A program made the translations under genes and the position numbers. A stretch of DNA of 63,268 bases, the filler included, from Sphacelaria rigidula (taxonomy: Eukaryota), in assembly GCA_964200075.2 (NCBI GenBank). It is 8 parts of 8 records of this genome, joined end to end, with 100 filler letters (N's around TTAATTAATTAA, not from the genome) between each part and the next. Parts side by side here need not be neighbours in the genome. Positions count along the whole stretch, not along the records: positions 1 to 7,823 come from CAXNAA020013351.1; positions 7,924 to 15,745 come from CAXNAA020013352.1; 6 more parts are not named here. One strand, 5' to 3'. The notes under the pieces were generated by a model. It searched no databases. It was not told the DNA's origin and worked only from the letters and a program-made list of their open reading frames with translations. This document shows positions 1 through 11,685 of this stretch, piece by piece. How positions within the stretch are numbered: position 1 is the first letter of the stretch; the number at the start of each line of letters is the position of its first letter.

Positions 1-150
1 TGGGAATTCCCACGCTTGGGTTCGTTCTAGTCAATGTCGCCAATATGAGGCGCGCTTCATGCAGCCTGCATCCGAACATCAGGCGCTTTATGGCCATTTG
101 TTTCGTGACACTTTTAGCTGGTTTTGGGGGGGGCTATCGTAGAAAGTGTC
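1..150. mobile_element. Right part of a TIR MITE (terminal motif GACACTTTCTACGATAGCCCCC family)
   Basis: Ends GGGGGCTATCGTAGAAAGTGTC. The reverse complement of this motif starts at ~23470, and a diverged copy with the internal sequence inverted lies at ~23820-24040. TSD and superfamily not determinable. Confidence 0.65.
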
Positions 151-360
151 CCCTCCAGCTTACAGTTTTTGAACCGACTACGCGGTGAAAATGCATTGCA
201 GTTGGTATTGTCCTTGGGATGAGCTCGCCACGGGTTATTTGCCTCTACAAAAAGAAATTAGGAACGACTACCAAAAGTCATGACGCGAACGATTCGCCTC
301 CGCCGAACCTCACTTTTAGGGTGGAGTAACGAACGAAACGGCCTGCACTCGTACCAAATA

Positions 361-959
361 CTTCCTCTGTCTCATAAGTCTGGGTACTTATTGGCTTCTA
401 ATCGTTTACACATTCAAACTATTCCGATCATCTTACAGTTGGGTCCGTTAAAAAAATGAAGCGCCGGAGAAGCTGATGAAAAAAACAAATTTGAGAAAAA
501 GTTGTCAACACGAAAATGAAGTCAAAATATGCCCATTTTGGCCTTATCTGGCCCACTTATACACCATAATTGGCCGATTTTGGACGTTTTTACGTCAAGC
601 ACCAATGATTACACGCTGCAATATTGTTAAATGGCGCGTGCGTAGGTTAACGTCACGGAAATATTCTAAATTATTGGTTATTTTGCGATTTTCACTTTTT
701 TTCCACAATTTTTGGCGATTTTTCGAGTTCTCCGGTCCCCCATGCTTTACTGGGGAAGAGATCGAAAAACTGCCATTTTCTGACCAACCAATGTTTTTTC
801 AGCCGCGAGACTGCACGCGTCAAGCACTCACTTTGTAGAAAGAGTGTTTTGCTTAGCTCAGAAAACGCCAACGAATGCAATAAAAAAATCGAAAATCAAA
901 TTTGACACCGTCAAGGGCTCGTACAAACATAAGTACCCAGACTAGTGAGACAGAGGAAG
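361..959. mobile_element. Tc1/mariner-type (Stowaway-like) MITE
   Basis: 31-bp TIRs CTTCCTCTGTCTCA(TA/CT)AGTCTGGGTACTTAT with 2 mismatches. TA on both sides, running into (TA)n on the right. No transposase. Confidence 0.85.
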
Positions 960-2670
960 TATATATATATATATATATAGTAGGAACAATACACGCCCCG
1001 TGCGTGCGGATGACCGTAGGTTAGGTGCATCTTCAAACTCGTCTTCTTTGGTTGATTCATGTTCGACAAGTGCCGTGCCAAACGTTTGGAGGTCCCATCA
1101 CGGATTCAACGCTTCCAGTAACACATACTCTCATTTAATGCCAAGCTGTGGGGTTTCAGGGGGGTTGCGTTGTTCTGTCTCGTGCATCACGTCGTAAACC
1201 TTGTGTTACTGCCCTTGTACTACTAAACACTTATCGCACACTGTTCACTGTTCTCGCAAGACCGGCTGTGCTTTGGTCTATCACCACACGCCATCGTGTA
1301 CTGTAGTGGTGGAGTATCCTCCACTGTACTACAATAGGGTACCATGGTACGACACTGTTCTGTACTCAAATGATTATTCAGCGCCTTCCTGCTCTCCAGC
1401 TTCACTACTAGTACGCGATACCACACGCATGCAGAAAATGACAATACGTGTGCACGACTATTCCACAAATACTTGAGGCTATGAAACGGTCCTCATGGAT
1501 CTGACTTTCGCACATGAGCCCACCCCATTTTCACAGATAAGGGCCTCTACAGGATCGGAATTGAACCCCATGAAAATCAGTTCAACACAGTAGATTTGCT
1601 CAAACCTCCTCATTGGCCACCAGAGATTACGTCTGCGAACGCCGTGGACATGCTCAACTACGACAACATAAAACCAAGATGCCAGAGAAGCAACACGTCA
1701 GTGACGTTCATTGGCACCGCAATACAGTGGATTCCATCGATGTCTTCACGATCAAACTGATGAGCGCGCACGATTACCTTCCGTCGACTCCAGGGTGTTG
1801 CAATTACTCATCCAGTTCTCAGATTCACAGCACAAAGCTCCAACTTTGCTTCTCGATTCAGGGGTTTGGAGGTCCAACTCGAGTTTTCTGCGCAGTGGTC
1901 AGGCTTTTACAGGCTGGTCCCACTAGAGGCAAACGAAGTGGGACTCTGTCCAGGTGCTGCTCACGGGCTGTAGCACCGATACAAATATATGCCGAACGTT
2001 CAGAATCAATGAAGATCGATCGACTGATTATGTTGCCCTAACAAGCTTGGACCATAAACAGCGAGAGGAGAACGGGGTGGTAGCAACGACGGATGTTGAA
2101 CGGATGACATACCTCGTTCTAATCGCGGAAGCAGTGTCCAAGCTGCTATCGACCTGGTGACGGATGATTTAGAGTTCTTCCTGCATTCACTTGCCACTCA
2201 CGCCGAAAGTCTGCTGTAAATGCCTGTCCCTCTGACCCACGATACCACGACTACACCCTTCGCTTAGCCGTCGGACACCTTTGACTCACAGGTCCACTCT
2301 GTCAAGTGTTGGGAGCTGGGAAGTTCACAAGCCATAAGTTATCTTCGACAAGCCGCTTGTTCCATTGTACTTGTGCCAATCAACACAACAGGTATTGCAG
2401 CGTTCATACCCGCTACAACAACAACACACACTTGCGCGAACTCCTTTTTCCACCAAGAACTCAACTGATACAACAGAACTCTGGCGCAGGCGCCACCATG
2501 GTCAAACAACAACAGCTCCACCCTGCCGCAAAGACACGCATGAAAACGGGGGCTGCGGCGGCGAATGCAAATATACCACCGAACTCTTCCGGCAAAACTG
2601 GCGCTAAGCTACAGGTCCGCGTGCAGCAAGCAGAGCAGAAACCGCCAACTCTCGTTCGTGTTGAAAAGAC

Positions 2671-4776
2671 TTACACAGGGCCGGGCAACGTAGCCGAAAC
2701 TGCCAGCTCCATCTTCAAGCCTTCCTCTTTCCCTTGGAACACCACTGTAGAAGCATCCACAGGAGCATCTTCTGGTCGAAAGTGTTCACAAACAATCGAT
2801 GGCGTCTTGCGAATCCGCTTCTTCATTCTTCCATCACAACTATCGCTGGAGTTACTGTCAATCCCACCGCCCCCACCTTCGTCAGAGTGAGTAGCCACGC
2901 CAACCCGCCTTCGCAGGCTCTGCTCGAGACGCTGGAGGGGAGCAGACTCTTCCGATTTTACCCTCGTGTGTGGCCTTGTCCACAGAGGGACTCCTTCGGC
3001 GCCCTCGGCAGGCTGCGAACCAATACGTTCGGAACTTACGGGCAAAACAGAGCCGAACCCGACACCACACGCATCACCCGTGTGACTAGTGCAATGATTG
3101 GGTTGTCCGTCCTGGGTGAAATGTACATCGAACATGTCTCCATGTTGCTCCCTCTTCGTTGCTTGGGATACGGCATGTTGGCATACGTTACCCTGTTCAA
3201 TATTCGAGCAACCGCCTTTGCCGTACTTCTTACTCCTCGAATTGACCATCCCCGCCCTGGCATGATAGGCACAGAACTCCGCTTTCCGACTTCCCGCTAC
3301 ACCGTATGATGGTTGTTTGGAGCAGCCCTCGTCGCCGCACTTCTTGCTCTTCACATTGACCATCCCGGACCTGGCGTGGTCGGCACAGAACTCCGCTTTC
3401 CGACTTCCCGCTACACCATACGATGGGATTTGGGAGCAGCCCTTGTCGCCGCACTTCTTGCTCCTCACATTGACCATCCCCACCCTCGCGTGGTCGGCAC
3501 AGAACTCCGCTTTCCGACTTCCCGCTACACCGTACGATGGTTGTTTGGTGCAGCCCTCGTCGCCGCACTTCTTGCTCTTCGCATCGACCATCCCGGACCT
3601 GGCGTGGTCGACACAGAACTCCGCTTTCCGACTTCCCGCTACACCGTACGATGGGTTCTTGTAGCAGCCCTTGTTGCCGCACTTCTTGCTCCTCACATCG
3701 ACCATCCCGGACCTGGTGTGGTCGGCACAGAACTCCGCTTTCCGACTTCCCGCTACACCGTACGATGGGTTCTTGGAGCAGCCCTCGTTGCCGCACTTGT
3801 TGTTCACCGCGTTGACCATCCCCGCCCTCGCATGGTCGGCACAGAACTCCGCTTTCCGACTTCCCGCTACACCGTACAACGGTTGTTTGGAGCAGCCCTC
3901 GTCGCCGCACTTCTTCCTCCTCACATTTACCATCCCCACCCTCGCGTGGTCAGCACAGAACTCCGTCTTTCGACTTCCCGCTACACCGTATGATGGTTGT
4001 TTGGTGCAGCCCTTGTTGCCGCACTTCTTGCTCTTCACATCGACCATACCGGACCTGGCGTGGTCGGCACAGAACTCCGCTTTCCGACTTCCCGCTACAC
4101 CGTACGATGGGTTCTTGGAGCAGCCCTTGTTGCCGCACTTCTTACTCCTCACATCGACCATCCCGGACCTGGCGTGGTCGGCACAGAACTCCGCTTTCCG
4201 ACTTCCCGCTACACCGTACGATGGGTTCTTGGAGCAGCCCTCGTTGCCGCACTTGTTGCTCACCGCGTTGACCATCCCCGCCCTCGCATGGTCGGCACAG
4301 AACTCTGACTTCCGACTTCCCGCTACACCGTACGATGGGATTTGGGAGCAGCCCTCGTCGCCGCACTTCTTTCTCCTCACATTTACCATCCCCACCCTCG
4401 CGTGGTCAGCACAGAATTCCGTCTTTCGACTTCCCGCTACACCGTACGATGGTTGTTTGGTGCAGCCCTCGTTGCCGCACATCTTCCTCACTAAATCTAA
4501 CATCCCCACCCTCGTATCATCGGCACAGAACTGTGACTTCCAACTTCCCGATACACCATAAGATGGGTGTTTGGAGCAGCCCTCGTTGCCGCATGTTTTG
4601 CTCGTCAAAGTGTTCATCCCCGAACTGGCGTGGGTCGCACAGAACTCCGGCTTCCTGCTTCCCGCTACACCGTACGATGGCTTCTTGGAGAAGCCCTCGG
4701 TGCCGCAATCCTTGCTCACTTCATCGCCCATCCCAACCCTGTTTGCCGACACCTCCACGACGTTGACGCCCGTCAT
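2671..4776 (-). CDS. EsV-1-7 cysteine-rich repeat protein (701 aa, intronless, 13 x 38-aa repeats)
   Basis: 13 tandem units of C-x4-C-x2-[QNIHK]-PSYGVAGSRKxEF-C-x2-H-ARxGMVxV, matching the EsV-1-7 motif of Ectocarpus virus 1 and brown-algal IMM-family proteins. Non-repeat C-terminus has a basic patch (RMKKRIRK). Start codon uncertain. Confidence 0.9.
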   Translation of the reverse strand: MTGVNVVEVSANRVGMGDEVSKDCGTEGFSKKPSYGVAGSRKPEFCATHASSGMNTLTSKTCGNEGCSKHPSYGVSGSWKSQFCADDTRVGMLDLVRKMCGNEGCTKQPSYGVAGSRKTEFCADHARVGMVNVRRKKCGDEGCSQIPSYGVAGSRKSEFCADHARAGMVNAVSNKCGNEGCSKNPSYGVAGSRKAEFCADHARSGMVDVRSKKCGNKGCSKNPSYGVAGSRKAEFCADHARSGMVDVKSKKCGNKGCTKQPSYGVAGSRKTEFCADHARVGMVNVRRKKCGDEGCSKQPLYGVAGSRKAEFCADHARAGMVNAVNNKCGNEGCSKNPSYGVAGSRKAEFCADHTRSGMVDVRSKKCGNKGCYKNPSYGVAGSRKAEFCVDHARSGMVDAKSKKCGDEGCTKQPSYGVAGSRKAEFCADHARVGMVNVRSKKCGDKGCSQIPSYGVAGSRKAEFCADHARSGMVNVKSKKCGDEGCSKQPSYGVAGSRKAEFCAYHARAGMVNSRSKKYGKGGCSNIEQGNVCQHAVSQATKREQHGDMFDVHFTQDGQPNHCTSHTGDACGVGFGSVLPVSSERIGSQPAEGAEGVPLWTRPHTRVKSEESAPLQRLEQSLRRRVGVATHSDEGGGGGIDSNSSDSCDGRMKKRIRKTPSIVCEHFRPEDAPVDASTVVFQGKEEGLKMELAVSATLPGPV
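3226..4707 (-). repeat. 114-bp coding tandem repeat (13 units) with 4-unit higher-order periodicity
   Basis: Visible directly; e.g. GCACAGAACTCCGCTTTCCGACTTCCCGCTACACCGTA recurs every 114 bp with minor variants. Confidence 0.95.
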
Positions 4777-7639
4777 GCCATCTAATGATCATTTCAAGCA
4801 GCCCTCCCGGGGGCACTGCCGAGCTCGGGTCACCCCTACGCTGTTGAAGCGAGAGGCTCTAACGCATACAACTTCGGCTGCTTCTAGCAGTACCACTGTC
4901 AGATGGCCGAACAAGAGGAGCAGGCAGTTCCCCCTGATGCTGCCTGAGGGTATGAAACGGTTCAAAAGCCGTGAAGGTTGTTACGTGATCGTCAACCTTG
5001 ACATACAGTACTTCGAGGGGAAATTGTAAAGACAGGCTGTTGATATTTTACATGGGCCTTCACTATGTGATGAGATCAGTGAGGCGTTCGCTCTGTCAAA
5101 CGTTTCATTCCCAAAACAGAACGTGGTGCTGCCGATTTTTCTGGTGGAAAACTCAGCAAAACCCTGCATATTTCCTCCACTGGATTCTCTGCTGGATTGT
5201 GCAGCTCATGAAAAACGTAACACCAACACATGCCATACACTCCGGCCAAAAACAGCAATACGGGTAACTGGTATCGATTGACAAACACACAACGATGTAA
5301 ATATGTTTACATCATTGAAAGTGAGATCTCGAGCCTCTCAACAAGGAATTCATGGCCAACCCTTCGATGTCGTGAGTTACGTCATGCAGAAAGCTTGACG
5401 AAATTCGAGTGTGTGTATATCACAGATGTCTATAAATAGCTTCACTCAAGTTCAGCCATCTGATCGTATGAACTGGTACGCTTGAAAGGATTTGAAGGTC
5501 GTCGTCATAAGTACCATACTGAACACTTCTGCATTATTACGTGCTGCCGAGGTAGTGGTTCGTATTGACACAACTGGCCGAGGACTTAAGGCCTCGAAAG
5601 GCAGGTAGGATCCTCGGCGACGAATGGCTACAAACCTTCAGTCTCCGCAAAATCCGTTGACATGCATGCAACACACGAGTATGAAAGCTGATGGAACAAG
5701 CACGTGAAACTACATTACTAAAAACGGGGTGAACAGCCGTAGTTGATATATCAATGAATGAATCGGTAATCCAACCGCAAATGTACGGAATCTAACTTTG
5801 TTCTCGTTCAATATCGGCCCATCTACCAAGCGGTACTGAGGAGAAGGCCCCTGGAAAAGACCGGTTATGAAAACAAAAGTAATACACACTAGCATTCCTG
5901 CCTCTTCATGCGATAAGCTAAAGTCAGTGCCTTGCTGAATGCTGGACCTACTGGGCACACATAGACTCAACGCAGTCAGGAGACAGGAGATGAATTAGAA
6001 AATGATACACTTCGAAATGTAGTATAATGAAATCACTCAAGTTGACTCGATGAAGAAGTAGGACGTATCAGTGTCTATCGGCTACGGACTGTCCATTCCG
6101 TAGGGAAGTCGTGAAGTCACGGTATCGCTTAAGCGGTGAAGCCCATGCCTTGAAGACATTGATTTCGCGTTGGTTGGAGTGTATGGAGAGCTCAACTTTC
6201 GTCTCAACACCAGCACACGACAACCCCGATGAAATCAGATAGACAGCTCATCCCGAATGCATGGCCACATCATGTATCCTCAACAGATACACGATCCGCC
6301 AGGGAGACATGATGGGCCGCCCAGTTTACTTGACGTTACTCCACAACAGTATGCTTCGAGAGTTGACGCCGAGCTCGCGAATGAATATGTCTTCACATGA
6401 GCAGGGACATACACCATATGCACCGCTCCCCGTGGGTGTCACGCTGAATCACACAACCGCCAGATCGCGACAGACCACCGTAGGTGGTCGTGCTAAAGGT
6501 GGATCGTTTGGTATGGACTGGAACCGAGCTGTTGGAGCAAAAAAGCAGAAGTCGGGAGCGCACCAAAAGAAGTAAGTTTTGAACGAACACATTGGACACA
6601 ATAGCGCACTAAAAACGGCGCTTTCGGCAAACGAGAAGATCAGCACATGATAGCACCTTCGAATCATACCATCTCAGTGCACAGGACGCGTGAACATTAC
6701 TCTAGGATCAAACCACACTCAGCCCCCAACACGAGACCAGGAGTCACGCTTGGAAAGCAGTTACTTCAGCAGGTCGACAGAATCAAGTTCATGTGACCTA
6801 GGCGTTTTGTTCGTGGTTACTTTGTAAATGTCGTGGCATTTTGTTCATTTATTCCCGGTGCCGCATATGGGCTCTCCGTGTTGCTCGATTGTCGCACACT
6901 CAGTGATGTCCAAGAAATCGAGGCGTGGTGACAAGATAGACGCACCCAACGCAAGCATAACACAGCCACTCCCCCTCAATGGAGGAAACTCGAGCGACAG
7001 GACTGATCCATCAAGTGTTGATAAAAATAGGGCACACACAATCGGGTGAAGACACAAGTGCTACGGACCCACCATCACATGGACTACTCTTGCTCTTGCT
7101 CTTTTTCGACGTGACTGAGGCTGACTGCAATCGTGTCTCATCAGCTATTCTAATGCCGACGACACGGTGTTACACGTCTTTGGTTGCCAACTATGATATC
7201 ACTGCTAGCGTGCAATTAGTTCTTCTGATGCCATCTTGCAAAAACGCTTCCCCACAGACAACAACCTTGTAGCCTACCCTTATCATGTCATGCTCTGCCA
7301 ACTTGCCCTCGAAAAGAACAACATGATGGGTGAGAGCCACATCCTAGACGAGTCGATGCGGTTTTGGATACATGGCGATGTTTTGCATCGTAAATAGCAT
7401 CCATTCGGGTCTCGACGTGTGCTCCAATTTGGAGTATATATGCCGTAACGTACGTTGGGTTCGTGTCGCCATGTGCCGGACACGAGGTTGCCTCCCGAGC
7501 AGCATGTTTCGACACATACGTCCCCCGCCCCCGCCGGGTATATCGACGGATAAGTATATCGAGGCAAATATATATATGTGAAAAAATAGTGATGAAACGA
7601 CATACGTCGAGCACAAATTATACAAAGGATATGAAAACA

Positions 7640-7823
7640 AGGGGTTCGGCGGGCACGCTCAATGAGATCGATAGCCAGGGTACATGAGGACGGTCATCGT
7701 TGCTCGCATTAGGTAACGGCACAGATCACAGTTTCAAGTGCAGTATTTTCCCCTGTGTGCGTATGGAGACACGAGTCCCGCGGGCAGGATATAAAAAAGA
7801 GGTTTATTGATGATTGATAATCG
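7640..7823. repeat. Dispersed repeat; second copy at 35749-36448 is interrupted by a MITE
   Basis: Aligns by eye with 35749-35883 plus 36390-36448 (GGGGTTCGGCGG...CACGCTCAATGAGATCGA...TGTGTGCGTATGG...GAGGTTTATTGATG). Confidence 0.85.
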
Positions 7824-7923
7824 NNNNNNNNNNNNNNNNNNNNNNNNNNNNNNNNNNNNNNNNNNNNTTAATTAATTAANNNNNNNNNNNNNNNNNNNNN
7901 NNNNNNNNNNNNNNNNNNNNNNN
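7824..7923. other. Artificial contig spacer (also 15746-15845, 23668-23767, 31590-31689, 39511-39610, 47431-47530, 55350-55449)
   Basis: Each is 100 bp of N with a central TTAATTAATTAA (stops in all six frames). Flanking contig lengths decline from 7823 to 7819 bp. Confidence 0.98.
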
Positions 7924-9300
7924 CACATCGTAGCCCCCCTCTCCTTGGCGGATTTAGATCGCTCAATCCGATGTGGTCCGATATCAGATCGTAGCCCCCC
8001 CCCCCCTTCCCCTTTTTGCTGCGTTGTAGCCCCTCACTGGTTTTGGTGCCGTGTCCCTTTGGGCTGAGTTCGCCTTCTTGGTGACTGCGTTCCAGGTAAC
8101 CGTAGTCACATTTCTTGTGGCTGCCGTATTTATGCCCGACGACTGTTTTAGGTCGAGGTGAGTTACTGCATTTCGACAGTTCATCTGAATGTGTTCGTTT
8201 GATTGTTCTACTCCTACCCCGTGGCGCAGCCTGGTCAGCTGGCGATACGAGTGTATTCTCATGTGTCGTTCCGTTGCTCGTGGTACAGTGTTCCCCCGAG
8301 AATGGCCAATTATACCGCCCTTGTTGTAGGTCGTATTTCCGCCGGACGAACTGCTTTTTTTAATTGACACCAAGGTTTTGCTCATAACACGCGATAGCTG
8401 ATCCGCCGCGCTGAACGAAAAGTTCTCACCAACGACCTTTGGCTTCTTACCCTGAGTGCCATCTTGGATGGGCTCGTGCCCACCCCCGCAGAGGTTTTGA
8501 ATTTTGCACTTCGGGCACACCAAACCTGAACTTGGTCTACATCCCCGCTTTTATCTCCCTGTTGCTGCGTAGCCCCCCCCCCTATCGCATTGTACTTCAC
8601 GCTGCACGCCTTTTTCAATGCAGGTTTGATACTTCAAAAGCCCTGCCACGGAAACGAGCGGAGTGCCACTCCCGCTATACGCGACGGATGTGTCGGGACG
8701 GAGTCGGACAAAGACGTGAAGCTCACGTGGATCTGCGTCCGACCAGAGCAGTTGCCGCGATGCTACGCCGCAACTGCATTTTTCCTCCCCTCTTCCCGGA
8801 TTGTTTGGCATTCCCTCCTTCTTCCGTTGGTAGATGAAGTCTCCGCGTGCGCACCATCTAGTGCTTTACTTTATAGATGGACTTGCATGTGTATTGTCTT
8901 CTACAATATAGGTAGTGAGTGTTGCGTAGATACAACGTTTTCCTTTCTGTGGATTGAACGTGTGATGTGTCGGATCGCAGCGATGCTCGCCTTTGAGAGG
9001 TGTGGGAGAGTATATATTTACTTTTCTTCGCTTCATGCTTTTGTACAAGTGTAGTGTAGAAGAGACCTTCCTCGTTGAATTATCAAGTTCCTCGGCGCAA
9101 TTACATTTTGCCGAGGTGATGACGATTCAACTGCATAAGGACTCGTCTAGGATGGGCTAGTGTGATGAAGCTTGGTGGCATAGCAAGACATCACGATGTA
9201 CGGGTCTGTTCGTAGACCTTGGGTTCCATGACGTGTTGTTACTGCGCTTGCTACTATCATCAGTTAGGATTGTTCGGCCCCGGCCAGAGGCCGCGTTGAC

Positions 9301-9554
9301 TATTATTTGGCTCAGGCACAGGGTAATGGTTTCAGATCTTTTATTGAAGAGTACCCAAGTTCTACTATAACTTGAAAGAGTGCTGATGGGATGGAGGTAG
9401 ATGATTGAGAATGATCAAGGGGGGCGGACTGCTCCGCTGCTCTCAGCTGTACTGTACCACATTTGCACACACTTGACTGTCGGTACTCGTACGTCACCCC
9501 GACCCCCGGTTCTACGTAGATCCAGCATTACTGGGTATCTGAATCACTCGAACA
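9301..9554 (-). mobile_element. Solo LTR (~254 bp), same family as 48346-48600
   Basis: End-to-end similarity to 48346-48600, which is flanked by PPT-like and PBS-like motifs. Minus-strand termini TGTT...AATA. No TSD found. Confidence 0.75.
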
Positions 9555-11076
9555 TACCGTTGTTAGGAGCGCCTCCGATGGCGGCAGTGACGGCGGCAGG
9601 AGCGGCTATCACTGCGGCCGAAGGTGCCGCGGTGGCGCTCGGGGCGGCAGTTGGGGTGGCCAGAGCCGCCGTGGTTTTGGCAGGCGTCGCAGTGTGCGCA
9701 GTAGTCCCGCAGTCGTGGCCGAAGAAGTGGTGACCGAAGTCTTGGACGAGTCCATGGTTTGTTTGATGAAACGGTTCAGATTTGAAATCTGTCGTTGTAG
9801 CAAACAGATAGTGGCGGGATCAGCAGCGGAGCGGGATGGGGCATCACGGTTAGCTCGAGCTGGTCTATGATGACGCCGGGGATCGTAAGAAGATTTTTCG
9901 GTAGCCTTCTCTATCGAGGAAGCTGGGTCCGATGATAGATCAGAAAAGACATTTCTCACGCCGTCCGCATGCACAGTGTGGTCACCACGTATGTGTTGTC
10001 GGCGCTGCAAGTGCCGAGTGAACGGAGCACGACCACTTGTGTGGCTATTGCTGGATGATCTCTTAGAACCGCATGAGGATTGACGGCTGTGTCCTGGGCT
10101 ACCTCCGGGAGAATGTCTGTCGTTGTCATGCCTAACACGCCGCGTCGAGGTATGATGGAGTGAGGCACGGGCTCCACTCGCGTAAGAAGCGGAAGATGGA
10201 CGAGAATTATCTCTATTCTGGCTTTTTCTCAGGGGTTGTGCAGACCGCGCAGTGACGACTGGGGGGTCATTACGTGCGGCGGCAATCTCTGTAATTTGAG
10301 CCCCGCGGACAATTCGCACGTAAGAGGGGCGTGCCTGAGTATGCGGCGTGGCATCGTAGAACGTCTTGAGTGCCATGGCAAGATTTGTGCCAGGATCGTC
10401 AGCGGAACCATGTGAGCCTTCTTACTTGAATTCTGAAGTGCCAAAATCACGGCCTCGACCATGGTGCCGGACCCAGATGACCGGATGCGGCGCGTTGGAC
10501 TACCAGAGATCGTGTAGTAAGGACTTCCAACAGAAGCAACACCCGTGGCAGTATTTCGAACGGCGGAACCGTGCCGCTTCGGCCGGGACGGCGAAAGGTT
10601 GATCGTCTCCGAACTGGACGCCATGGAAGAACTCACCGCTACGGGCTCAACGGGGGGCGCCATCCTAGTCGCGGGTCCCAGAATGGCATCCGCGGAAGCA
10701 TTCCTCAGTGAGAGGGGTGCTTCGGCACGAGCCGGTAACGAATCGTCACGGGATGTTACATCGTGGGATGTGGGCGTTGCAGTCGCAGCCGGTATAATCG
10801 TCACGGAATATTACGTCGTGGAACGTGAGCGTTGCAGCCGCAAATGCTGTCGAGCCGCCACGGAATGGTACGTCGTGAGGCACTTTCTGACGTTGCAGTC
10901 TGCCGGTCTTCAAGTCTTGTAGATAGAGCAGCGCTCTTAAATTCTTGTCGTAGAGCTGTAAATGAAACACCGCCTTTGCCGATATAGCGGGAACGGTGAA
11001 TAGTTTGGCCTCGTGTACGGCGGGGCCGAATGCCTCCCGAGCCGGAGGAGGAAGCAGGGCTAATGGGTTGCAACAT
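9555..11076 (-). pseudogene. Frameshifted Ser/Ala/Arg-rich ORF remnant, possibly retroelement gag-like
   Basis: Three overlapping minus-strand ORFs (10801-11076, 10229-10804, 9609-10376) chain by frameshifts in GC-rich sequence and end next to the solo LTR. No diagnostic motif. Confidence 0.3.
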
Positions 11077-11420
11077 AATAGGGGGCGGGGGTGTCGGCGG
11101 GGTTGAACCTACGGTTCTGACAATTACAGAACAGCTTTAGGACTATTTGGCGCGATTTATAAGCGCAGGTAGCTAAACGACAGGAGGAATGTAGGTGTGG
11201 TAGGTGCCACGAGTGTCCCGACTCAAATTGCAGGGCAATCGTGTGTTACCAAAAGGAAGAAAGGGCGCTCGTGCCCAAAAGGATGCTCCAATTAGGGAAC
11301 AGTGTCGTGATGCAGTAATTAATGACACCACAGTACGAGCTGCAATACTATACTTTTCGAAAATTGATGTATCGTAGCGGCGGGCGCGGGCTATTGTCTG
11401 TAGTCTGTGAGACAGTGAGT

Positions 11421-11685
11421 CGGTGAAAGCAGAGAGAATTTTGCACACAGTCAGTGCTGTGTCGCGGCGCAATGTCAAACAAGTAGAAACGAGGGTAGCT
11501 TATTGTCTATATTCTGGAAGACAATGTGCCGGTGAAAGCAGAGAAAATTCTGCACCCAGTCAATGCTGTTCCGGCGCGCAATGTCAAACATGTAGAAACG
11601 AGGGCAGTCTACTGTATGTACTCTGGAAAACAATGTGCCGGTGAAAGGAGAGAAAATCCTGCACTCAATTGATGCTGTGTCTTGG
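11421..11685. repeat. 109-bp tandem repeat, ~2.4 units
   Basis: CGGTGAAAG(C/G)AGAGA... recurs at 11421, 11530 and 11639. Confidence 0.85.

Noticed and set aside
3226..4707. CRISPR-like regular repeat
   Set aside because: Units are contiguous, protein-coding and lack unique spacers; eukaryotic context and no cas genes.
2734..5029. Long + strand and alternate-frame ORFs over the EsV-1-7 gene (e.g. 3671-4561, 296 aa)
   Set aside because: Shadow ORFs caused by the 114-bp in-frame periodicity of a stop-poor repeat; no independent motif.
1000..7600. Endogenous phaeovirus segment around the EsV-1-7 gene
   Set aside because: No recognisable viral core gene in the flanks, and EsV-1-7 genes are a normal host family in brown algae.
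7868..7879. TTAATTAATTAA recurring every ~7.92 kb as a biological periodic motif
   Set aside because: Synthetic six-frame stop linker embedded in N spacers.
7984..8811. CPKC-containing minus-strand ORFs as a zinc-finger gene
   Set aside because: Fragmented by frameshifts, with no complete motif or splice structure that I can support.
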